This document shows positions 37,001-47,541 of a stretch of 64,000 nt of DNA, one piece after another; position 1 is the stretch's first letter; each line of letters opens with the position of its first letter. The translations under genes and the position numbers were made by a program. This stretch comes from Rhizophagus irregularis (lineage: Eukaryota). Below the pieces are notes generated by a model, which worked only from the letters and a program-made list of their open reading frames with translations, did not search any database and was not told where the DNA came from. The stretch covers positions 2,852,001 to 2,916,000 of the forward strand of contig NC_089432.1 of the NCBI RefSeq assembly GCF_026210795.1, given 5' to 3'.

Positions 37001-39476
37001 TCTATTATTACTTGTTTATATAATATCTATATATAATTTGAACTAACCAAATTCTTTATTTAAATAGATTGTAAGTTATAAGTTATTTACTTAATTCTAT
37101 TATTACTTATTCATATAATATTTACGTATAATTTGAAGTTTTAAACTAACTAAATTCTTTGCTTAAAAAATTGTTTTATAGATGGTATGTTATTTATTTA
37201 ATTCTATTATTACTTATTTACATAATATTTTCATATAATTTAAACTAACTAAATTCTTTATTGAAAAATTATTATTTAATAATATCTGATAGGGAGTAAG
37301 TTATTTATTTAATTCTATTATTACTTATTTATCATATAATTTAAACTAAATTCTTTATTTAAAAAATTATTTAATATTATAGGGCGTAAGTTATTCTATT
37401 ATTACTCATTTATATAATGTTTACATATAATTTAAACTAACTAAATTCTTTATTAAAAAATGATTTTGTAATTTCTTTAGTTGGTAAGTTATAGGTTATT
37501 TATTTAATTCTATTATTACTTATTTGCATATAATTTAAACTAACTAAATTCTTTATTTAAATAATTATTTTATAGATGGTATGTTATTTATTTAATTCTA
37601 TTATTACTTATTTATACATATAATTTAAAGTTTTAAACTAACTAAATTCTTTATTTAAATAGATACTAGTAAGTTATAAGTTATTTATTTAATTCTATTG
37701 TTACTTATTTATATAATTTACATGTAATTTAAACTAACTAAATTCTTTATTTTTATAGATGGTATGTTACTTATTTAATTCTACTATTACTTATTTATAC
37801 AATATTTATATACTAATTTAAACTAACTAAATTCTTTATTTATAAAAATTGATTTAATAATATAGCTTGTAAGTTATTTGTTGTTTGTATTTTATATAAT
37901 ACTTATTTGTTAATTGAATTTTTTCATTCAAATTTCTGTTACTTTAGTTGGTAAGTTGTAGGTTATTATTATTATATATATTTATACAAAAACTAAGACA
38001 TACAGTATATTATATTAAATTTTTATTTAAATTTTAGAGTAAGTGTTGATTTTAATCTTATAACTTTTGATATAAATTTCAATATAATTTCAATTATTTA
38101 AATTTGTAGATTTGGAAAAAGTGGAAATGTAAATATGGATAACTTTATTTTAGAAAAAAAATTAAAATGGATTCCTTATGATAAATTTAAAAATATTGAA
38201 TATCTTGATAAAGGAGGATTTGGTACTATATATAAAGCTAATTGGTTAATTAATAATGAAGATAAAGAAGTAGTTCTTAAATGTCATGATAATTTAAGTG
38301 AAAATTTAAATGAATTTTTAAATGAAGTATGATAATATATTATTTTATTTTATAATTTAAATCATAATTTATTTATACTAATATATTATGATTTTTTTAT
38401 AGTGGAAATATCACAAAAGTTGTTTAGGTTCAGATAAAATTATTTATTTTTATGGCTTTACAAAAGCTCCAAATACTTTGAAATATATGATGGTAATGGA
38501 TTATGCAAATGGAGGTAATTTAAGAGGAAACTTAACAAGAATAATCGAAATTGTTTGGAATCAAAAATTATATATGTTACATGAAATTATTTCTGGACTT
38601 AATAATATACATGAACAAAATCTTATTCATTGTGATTTTCATGATGGTAATATTTTAAATCATTATGAGAATAAAATTTATATTAGTGATTTAGGATTAT
38701 GTAAACCTGTAAAATCATTTATGAAAAAATATGATATTTATGGTGTTATACCATTTATGGCACCTGAAGTTTTAAGAGGCAAATCTTATACTCCAGCTAG
38801 TGATATTTATAGTTTTGCTATGATTATGTGGGAATTTACATCTGGGGTAACACCATTTAATAATAGAGCACATGATGTTCAACTTAGTTTAAGTATTTGT
38901 AAAGGTGAACGTCCTGAAATTATCAAAAATACTCCACAATGTTATGTAGATTTAATGGAAAAGTGTTGGGATGAAAACCCATTAAAAAGGCCATCTTCTA
39001 AAGAAGTTTTGAATATTATTAAAAATTGGGTTTTTTTTTCAGGTAAAGGGGAAGTTGAAGATATTAATGAAAAATTGAAATGTAATATTATGGAATTTAT
39101 AAATGCACCAATTGGGCATAACAATAATCTTTCTATTGAATCTCATCCACAGTCATGTTATACAAGTCGCTTACATGGTTTTACTAGTAAACAATTGAAT
39201 GAAATTCTTGGAAGTAGAGATTTACAAGCTTATTATTCAAGTCAATCTACTAGTGGAAAAGTGAATGAAATTCTTGAAAGTGAAGATTCACAAGCTAGTG
39301 TAAAAGTGGATGAAATGCTATTAAGTGAAAATTTGGATGATTGTATATTTAATTTGAAGTCATTAGGTATGTAATATAGTATATAAAAAGAATTAAATTT
39401 TATGAATTATTTATATGAAATTAATTTAATTATTTAATTATTTAATTAATTAGATATTAAAACAGACAAAAAATAA
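34092..39476 (+). CDS. Tyrosine-kinase-like protein kinase with a micro-exon-encoded N-terminal segment (predicted 42 coding exons, ~460 aa)
   Basis: Exons 34092-34113 (MAHSNDK), 34191-34235 (VSEEFEGSTSTKESE), 37 micro-exons in 34352-38038, then 38110-38326, 38403-39366, 39454-39476. Kinase motifs KGGFGTIY, VVLK, HCDFHDGN, DLG, APE, SDIYSF. The kinase part is certain; the N-terminal model rests on splice signals and frame closure. Confidence 0.8.
34236..38109 (+). other. Tandem intron/micro-exon array (38 introns, 37 micro-exons)
   Basis: Repeating unit GTAAGT/GTATGT ... (A)ACTAAC-type branch site ... YAG, followed by a 3-nt exon. Introns are about 70-130 nt; one is 258 nt because of a MITE. 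Confidence 0.85.
35978..36132. mobile_element. MULE-like MITE inside a micro-exon-array intron
   Basis: TIRs GAGTAAATTTATTCATCGCACGTGCGATGCA / TGCATCGCACGTGCGATAAATAAATTATTTC. Perfect 9-bp TSD TTATAATAT. Confidence 0.88.
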
Positions 39477-39867
39477 CTAATTATAAAAATTTATAGTTTT
39501 TTTTAAAGTGATATTTGATGTCATGCATTTAACAGAAATTGTTTAGATTTATTTAAACACTAAGGCTAAAGTAGTAAAATAGTTTACAAATTTCTTAGTT
39601 TGTAATTTAAATAATTCCTTTTTTTTATAGCTTATCCAAGAATTAAATATTATATTCTCTTTTATTTTACTTAGAATTATTTAAGCACTAAGACTAGAGT
39701 AGTAAATATTTTACAAGTTTCTTAGTTTGTAATTTAAATAAATCTTTTTTTTTAACTTTTCCAATTATTATATATAAATTATCAAAATAATAATATAAAA
39801 CCATGACCAATAATGTGTTGGCTTTTATTTTTAAAAATTATATATTAAGACAAGACATTACATTATA

Positions 39868-40379
39868 CATCAGGAAATTTGTTTAGGCATAATTTAGTGT
39901 AATATTTCGGAGGTGGTGTAAAATTTCGAAATATTACACTAAAAATGTAATATTACAAAAGTTTACACTTTTAAATTTGAATAATTATAGTAATTTAAAA
40001 TATCTCGCTATCTACTGATCCAATCAAGACGATCTATAGCTCATTGGAATCAGACGAATCGAATGGTAGTAAAATCGCATTTCTACAGTTGATAGAATGT
40101 TCTATAGTATGCAATAAAGTTTTAAATTAATAGAAAGTTATCTATCAAACGTAAAGATACGATTTTACTACCATTCGATTCGTCATGATGAGCTGATTCC
40201 AATGAGCTATAGATCGTCTTGCTTGGATCAGTAGATAGTGAGATATTCTTAAATTACTATAATTATTCAAATTTAAGAGCATAAACTTTTGTAATATTAC
40301 GTTTTTAGTGTAATATTTCAAAATTTTACACCACCTCCGAAATATTACACTAAATTACGCCTAAACAAATTTCCTGATG
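39868..40379. mobile_element. Fold-back MITE with TA TSD (Tc1/mariner-like)
   Basis: Starts CATCAGGAAATTTGTTTAGGC, ends GCCTAAACAAATTTCCTGATG. Inverted arms exceed 200 bp. TA on both sides. Confidence 0.9.
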
Positions 40380-40726
40380 TACATAATTATTTATAGTTAT
40401 TTTAACTTTATTACACTAATAAGCATTAAAAGGCAGTTAATGGTCAAATTGTAAAATATTTTTAGAACTTTTTTGTTTACAACATTTTAAAAATTATTTT
40501 AGCAGTCATTACAAACTTATTATGATTTTTTTAAATCATATTAACATTTCCTAATAAAGATATGTATTGAAAATATTTTGCATGTTTAAGTGACCAATTT
40601 CACATTTGCCTATTTGATTCGAAAGGTTACCTTTGTTTTGTAAGCTATTTTTAAATAGCTTTTTTAATAACCTTGACACCTTTGCATTTGATAATTGATC
40701 AAATTTTTACATGTAAAAGATATTTG

Positions 40727-41597
40727 TAGAGCTCCAAATGGGTCAGGTCAGGTCAGGTTATATCAGGTTGTCTGTTTGACCTGACCTGACCTGAAACCTG
40801 AAAAATTTTTATTAAAGTATTGAAAAAAAACGGTACAAAACTTTTTTTTTTAATATAATATTATGAAAAAAAACGTTTTTGCAACGTTTTTTATTAAAAT
40901 ATTGAAAAAAAATATTGCAAAACGTTTTTTTTAATATAACATTATGAAAAAAATGTTTTCGCAACGTTATTATTGAAATATCAAAAAAAAAACGTTACAA
41001 AACATTTTTTTAATATAATATTATGAAAAAACGTTTTCACAATGTTTTTTCTCGAAATCTTGCGATTCAACATTTTTATATTAAAATCATATAAAAAAGT
41101 GAATCCCAATACTGCAATTCACTTTTTTATATTGATTTTGTATAAAAAAAGTGAGTTGCGGTATTGCGATTCACTTTTTTATATAGATTCTATATAAAAA
41201 AAGTGAGTTGCGGTATTGCAATTCACTTTTTTTATATAGAATTAATATAAAAAAGTGAATCGCAATATCGCAACTCACTTTTATTATATAAAATCAATAT
41301 AAAAAAGTGAATCGCAATACCGAAACTCACTTTTTTTATATAGAATCTATATAAAAAAGTGAATCGCAATACTGCAACTCACTTTTATTATATAAAATCA
41401 ATATAAAAAAGTGAATCGCAATACTGCAACTCACTTTTATTATATAGTAGAATCAATAGTTTCAGGTCAACAGGTCAATCAGGTCAGGTCAATCTTCATA
41501 CCTGACCTGAATTTTTTTTAAAATCTCATACCTGACCTGAACTTCAGGTCAGGTCAGGTCAGGTTACCTGAATTTGGCTGACCTGTTCGGAGCTCTA
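40727..41597. mobile_element. hAT-type MITE
   Basis: Ends TAGAGCTCC / GGAGCTCTA. Perfect 8-bp TSD GATATTTG. Subterminal GGTCA/TGACC repeats and internal AAAAAAGTGAATCGCAATAC..CAACTCACTTTT arrays. Confidence 0.93.
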
Positions 41598-43547
41598 GAT
41601 ATTTGCACAAATTTTTTAGAGTTGATTATATACTATATGAATTTTTGGAGGAAAATAATCATTTATTAACCTTTTTCCAGAAATAGGGATAATACAAATA
41701 ATGCATCAACTAATAATGAAACAAAAGATCTTGAGTTAACAAAAATTTTGCCACTAGATAACTAGTAAATTGAAAATACAATGTAAGTACTAGCTATATA
41801 ATAATAAATAATAGAATTAAAGAAAACAATAAGTACTATTAAATAACCTAATAAAATTTTCCACCTTAATTTAAAGTACATAATAATAATTGGAAAAATA
41901 AATGAAGAATAAAGTATATATATTATGGTATTATTCATAGGAAAACTTCATATATAGAAAGATTCCACCCCACACATTACTGAAACCTAAGAATTACTAC
42001 TGCTAGTTTTAAATGAAAATTTGTAGAAGCTATAGATAGCTAAATGAATTATAAATAAGCAACTTGTAAATTACTATAGATAGTTTAATAATTTACTAAT
42101 TAGCAGCTTTTACAATACTTATAGATTACTAAGTATTTGTGTTATTAATCAATTTATAGTATTTTAGGTGACCTAAATATATATTAAAGTAAACATGTAT
42201 TAAATTACTAGACCACCTAGTGGCAGCTATGTAATTATATTATAGCAATAATATAATAAATACAGTAAGTAATAAAATAAACAGCTGTAAAATAAAATTG
42301 AATAATTCTTTCCATTTGTATTACTTTCATCATGTATAAAGTATGCATGATGGGTAGGGATGATGATGACTCTATTGATTCAACTTGGTTCTACAAATTG
42401 AAATAAGACAGAGTGAGTGACTCAAAAAACATGTTCAGAGTGGAATTTGGAACCAAACTGACTTGGAGTGACTCAATGCAACAAAAAAATCAAGTTTTGA
42501 TACGTACAAAACTTGGTCTTTCATTTTCCCAGAAGCCCCACTCGAAAAATCTATGCATATACTTGAGAAGTACAAGGTCTAATGAAGTTGTCCTTAAAAA
42601 AGCAATTTTGTTTAAAGGAGACCTAAAAGAATATAAGAACCAGTTAGTATAATGTTATTTTTTTAAAAAAACTTTTGTCAGATATTTGCAAGACCTAATT
42701 AATTCCTTTTCCTGAAACTCTAAAACTAGAAAAAATAAGATAAACAGTAAATCAAAAAAAAATTTAAGTTTCAAAACTTACATTCGCATCCATTTATAGC
42801 TGAATTGAAGTCTACAATAAAAATTTGAATTCTAGCCAAATTCTTTAAAAAAAAAAAGGTTTACTATTTCACTATTTAAAATATTATAAAATATTAAAGT
42901 TATATAACAAAACATTACAAATCTTACCATTTTAATGAAAAGATAGTCCCAAAACCTACAAAATAAAGGAAAAATTAACATGATATTTCTTTCAAAAAAA
43001 TAAATTGAAAAAAAAGTTTTGAAATGAGACAAAACTTATCACTTCTTTAACATATCACTATCCAGATGGTCCCAAAATCTACAAATAAAAAAAACATTAA
43101 TATGACATTTAAAGAAGTTAGGTTTTAATATGAAGCTTACTTTTTCTGATTCTTATTGTTTGGACCTACATAATCCAAAATCAGATGTTGGACCTGCAAA
43201 AAGACAAATTGCAAAACATTAGTTAATGTTTTATCAAAAACAAAACAAAATAATAACAAAATTTATGCCTTTGAAGTATCTAAAGCAGAAATAGAAACTG
43301 GAGAGAACCTACAAAAAGAGAGTAAAGAAAAGTTAGTAATATTTCTTCAGAAAAAAAATGAACTTTGAAACTGAAATTCATCTCAGGATTCTCATTAGGA
43401 ACCTTGAAAGAACAACAATCGTAATTTTTCTTCAAATTTGGGTATGTTGCTATGGTAGAAAGAAAATGAGCAATCGCTGTTGTATAGTAAAACTTTGTGG
43501 CACTTGCGAAAAGTGGACTGGCTGCAAATAAAGCGTTTTATAAGTGA

Positions 43548-43747
43548 TTAGAGAATGTGATATTGAAGTATTTCTAAAAAATTCTCAAGATACTTTTGTT
43601 AAGAAATTATTAATCTGTAGCATTTATAATCAGGAAGATATTTTACCTTCTATAAAAGCTAAGAATATATCTTTTAAAAAAAGAAGGGTTAAGTATTTGG
43701 CTATTAATGTTTTTTTTAGAATAAATGATAAGGAATTGTTTTCATTT
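43548..43747 (+). pseudogene. Downstream part of the disrupted F-box-like paralog
   Basis: RECDIEVFLKNSQDTFVKKLLI..QEDILPSIK..KKRRVKYLAIN..ELFS matches the C-terminus of 44594-46165. The downstream flank (~43870-44060) resembles ~46400-46620. Confidence 0.88.
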
Positions 43748-44593
43748 ACTTGTTATTGAGATTATCATTGTTTTTATTAGTTCAAAAATCTGAATTCTTT
43801 CTTTATTTGGTGATACAATAATTTGTTTTGTCATAATTATGCTCTATTAACTTTTGGTTTTTGTATTATTTACTGGAAAAAAATTATTAAACCAAGTAGC
43901 CAAAAGGAGGAGAAAATTAAAATGAGGATGCAACAAAGAAGTTTAAGCATTGTTGTAACAATATTTCTATCATAAATATCTTAATATCTTATTAAATGTA
44001 ATGCTGGATGCACAGATATATGAAATGGGAATAACTGAACGGAGTAAAAGTAGATAAAGCTTCGAATAATTTATAAAAAAATTAAACATAACTCGCATAA
44101 ATGAAGCAAAAAAAGAATTAAATTAAGTGAACTCTAACTTTAATTACAATCATTTTCCATGATTCAAAAAAGTTGTGATTTCAACAGTTAAAGGGTAGGT
44201 ATTTATTATATAAATTTTATTATTATAAATTATATTTAATAGGGTGCCTATTAACCTAAGCATTTACATAAAATAGATTTTCTATAATAAAGCACTGTGA
44301 GGGTATAAGTTATAAAAAATATCAACCTAAACATTAAAAAATTTTGGTAAAAAAAAATTAGAGATTAAAAGTTTATTACGGCTTAAAAAAATTTTGATTA
44401 ATATTGCATGATCGGCATCATCAATTAGACGAGTTTTTTAATTCTTGACATTATAAGTTTGTTATTTACGTCAGTGACGTTACACAATACAAATTGTGCG
44501 ACAATATCGGAATCACCATTTCCGAAAATTTAAATTTATTCATAGTAAAATGTGATACACAAATACCTCTCTTTTTCTCCTTTAGTTTACAAT

Positions 44594-46165
44594 ATGTCAT
44601 GTTCAAAAATATTTTCAGGAAATTTTCCCGAATTAACTTATGAAATTATAAAATATTTTCAAAATGATTTTTTAACTTTGCATTCATGTATTTTAGTTAA
44701 CAGATTATGGTGTCGTTTAGCAACTCCATTATTATGGGAAAATCCTTTTTCAATTCATACTGAAAATTATAATTATATTGAAATTTACTTACAATATTTA
44801 AATGATGATTTTAAAGCGAAATTAAAAGAATATAATATTATTATTAATTCATTACCTTCAAATACACTCTTCAATTATTCTAGTTTTTTAAAATATTTGA
44901 ATATATCTAAGTTTATTTCTTCTGTTATAAATTGGCTTGAAGCTACTAATGAAACTTCAATCTATTCTGATTTTATAAGATTAACATCTGATATATGTTT
45001 ATCATTATTGAAAATATTTATTGAAAATGAAGTAAATTTAAATGTTCTTGAAATTGACTTCAAATATACTCCTTATAAGATAAATTTAGATGATATTCTT
45101 GAGTTAATTTTACAGAATACAAATTTCATTCACAATATTAGAAATTTAAACCTTTATATTGTAGAAAATAAGGAACTTAAACATCGTATATTACCAATAA
45201 TTGAGTTACATCAAAACCTTAAAAAAATTTTATTAGATAATAGTTTTTTTTCATATCAATCATTATTGTTATCAAAAGATTATAATTGTTCAAACACCTT
45301 AAGTACAATTATTTTCTTTTACGTTGACTTTGAAGGTATAATCAATTTAAATAGAATATTTGAACAATTAAATGTTTTAGAATCCGTTCATATAATTCAT
45401 TGTTCTTCTTTAAATACTAGTTTTACTCAACAAATTATTAATTTAACTAAACCATTTAAATTAAAGTCTTTATTTATAGAAAATATAGAAGAGTTATCAG
45501 AAATTGAATCATTACAATTATTAATACAAAAGTCTTGTGATTATTTAGAAAATTTTGGGTATGATTGCGGACTTATTTATCCACATGAGCTAAATACTGG
45601 GATCCCTCAGGGAATACATCAATTATTAGATTTAATTATGATACATTGTAAAAATATCAAATTTCTTGATCTGGATATAAATGATAATCGGATTATTTTT
45701 CCAGCACTCAATTTAATTGAAAATATTAAACATAATCTTAATTATCTTTCAATCGATATATATGATAATATTAAAGAAAATAATTCATTTGTAATACAAA
45801 GATTAGGAGAAATTATTCCTTTTAAATTAGAATATTTGCATTTATATCTTTATTACATTGAAGCATGTGATTTTGAAGTATTTTTAAAAAGTTCTCAAGA
45901 TACATTTATTAAGAAACTATTGATCAATAACTTTAACTTTACTGAAGGTCAAGATATTTTACCCTCTATAAAAACATATATCATGAAAAAGAGAAGGGTT
46001 AAGTATTTAGCTATTAATGGTGCTTTCTTTAGATCTGAATTCGTTAGTGATGAATTGTTTTCATTGAAAGACGAAGTGAAGGAATTTATGTTGTATGATA
46101 TTAAAGTGCAAAGTTATCATGACTCAATAATTAACTTGTATGATTATATGAAAGAAGTTAATTAA
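44594..46165 (+). CDS. F-box-like N-terminus with degenerate LRR-like C-terminus (expanded glomeromycete-type family)
   Basis: Intronless ORF from ATG 44594. F-box-like FPELTYEIIKYF..LHSCILVNRLWCRLATPLLWENPF, followed by LxxL-rich repeats. Confidence 0.85.
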   Translation: MSCSKIFSGNFPELTYEIIKYFQNDFLTLHSCILVNRLWCRLATPLLWENPFSIHTENYNYIEIYLQYLNDDFKAKLKEYNIIINSLPSNTLFNYSSFLKYLNISKFISSVINWLEATNETSIYSDFIRLTSDICLSLLKIFIENEVNLNVLEIDFKYTPYKINLDDILELILQNTNFIHNIRNLNLYIVENKELKHRILPIIELHQNLKKILLDNSFFSYQSLLLSKDYNCSNTLSTIIFFYVDFEGIINLNRIFEQLNVLESVHIIHCSSLNTSFTQQIINLTKPFKLKSLFIENIEELSEIESLQLLIQKSCDYLENFGYDCGLIYPHELNTGIPQGIHQLLDLIMIHCKNIKFLDLDINDNRIIFPALNLIENIKHNLNYLSIDIYDNIKENNSFVIQRLGEIIPFKLEYLHLYLYYIEACDFEVFLKSSQDTFIKKLLINNFNFTEGQDILPSIKTYIMKKRRVKYLAINGAFFRSEFVSDELFSLKDEVKEFMLYDIKVQSYHDSIINLYDYMKEVN

Positions 46166-46737
46166 CTATTAGTAATAATAATTGGAAAATATTAGATAGG
46201 AATATTCTTTTGTATTACAATAAATTTGTTATTATTTTACTTATTCTAAATAAAAATATTTATTTATTTATTTGATATTAAAATTATCAAGAATTTTTAC
46301 TTTTTTTATCGGTCCAACAAGGGATCTCAAACAGTAATTTGACATGTCATAATTTAAAGAAAAAACAAAATTCTCTCTATGAACACTAGTTCCTGTCTTA
46401 TTTACTGAAAAAAATGATAATAAAAGTAGTCAAAAGGGGAGAAAGAAAATAAGAAGGAAAATGGAGGTAAGAAAATCAAGAAGAAGTTTAACTTTTAAAT
46501 ATTGTAATTTCATCATAAAATATAATCTTATAGAAACTAGTAGCCAGCGCTATTGGTTGATGTAATAATAATTCCATTCAATAATGTATTACAAAATGAG
46601 AATAACAGGAGTAAAAGTTGTAGAGAGAAGCCCAAAGGAGTAGAAAAAATTCTAGAAAAATTAATTTTCCAGAGTGGTTAATTATTACTCTAATAAGCTT
46701 TGTTATTACTGTAAAGGAGTTGCAAGTAGTCCCTACT

Positions 46738-46878
46738 AATGAAAAGCCGGCACCTGATTCTGTGATTCGAGGGCAACCCGAAAGGTATGTACCTGAAAGA
46801 ATACTTCAACATCGTATTAGGAAATGCCAGCATCAATACTTAGTTACATGGGAATGTTATCCAGATACTGAAGCTACC
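46738..46878 (+). mobile_element. Chromodomain fragment, probably a chromovirus (Ty3/gypsy) integrase C-terminus remnant
   Basis: NEKPAPDSVIRGQPERYVPERILQHRIRKCQHQYLVTWECYPDTEAT fits the chromo fold pattern. No surrounding ORF. Confidence 0.65.
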
Positions 46879-47541
46879 AAAGTCACATTGAACTAGACAA
46901 TTTTGAAAAATTACATTACTAATTTGTTTAATAAGTGGGTTAAAAAAAAATGTTGATCAGTTTATAGCCACCTGTAGTAAATATTTCACTAATTTTATTT
47001 CATTTTTTTTTTTTTGAATTTTCAAGATTTTTGATTTAAATATGTGTAAATAGCTGAAGGATACGATTTAGATAATTTTGAGAAAAGTGGGAACAAATTT
47101 TAAGACAATTAATATGTTTGTAATTAAAATAAATCTGGTCATATTTAGATTCCTAGTCTGAATTATGTACTCCGCTAAATTTATATCATTATGTTATGGT
47201 TATCTCCAAAATAATTGATTGGTGTAATGGATTTGATCAATAGATTCATATTATGAATGTTGACCATTTTTGTTGACGATAACATAATAATTTATCACTA
47301 AATTAGAATAAATTTCATAAATTGGAAAAATTTAATATGTATACAATCTATAATAATTTTGTCCAGAATTATTAAAGTGAAACAATCGCTGATTGACATA
47401 TAATTACGTTATGATGTTTACGCAAAATTGGCGAAAATTGTGCGACAAATATCGGGATCGTCATTCCGAAAATTATACTTAAACAATCCATAGTAAAATG
47501 TGATACACGATTACCCTCTCTCCCCTTCTTTCGTTTACAAT

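Larger units (their letters stand above)
28738..43547 (-). mobile_element. ~14.8-kb cargo-carrying insertion, probably a non-autonomous Helitron
   Basis: Removing it restores HLYLYHIRECDIEVFLKNSQD, collinear with the paralog's HLYLYYIEACDFEVFLKSSQD. On the minus strand it begins TC (43547), ends CTAA (28738), sits between host A and T, and has a 12-bp-stem hairpin (28748-28759/28775-28786) just before the end. Alternative reading: an ATTAGA 6-bp direct repeat at 28737-28742 and 43547-43552. Confidence 0.75.

Noticed and set aside
34800..37900. CRISPR array or plain satellite
   Set aside because: Eukaryotic context, no cas genes and no unique spacers. The variable part is only 3 nt between splice signals, and the frame closure favours an intron/micro-exon array over inert satellite.
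39545..39750. ~125-bp tandem duplication downstream of the kinase
   Set aside because: A simple two-copy local duplication with no further structure.
28738..43547. Starship element
   Set aside because: No DUF3435-type captain recombinase at either end, and the termini fit Helitron rules at least as well.
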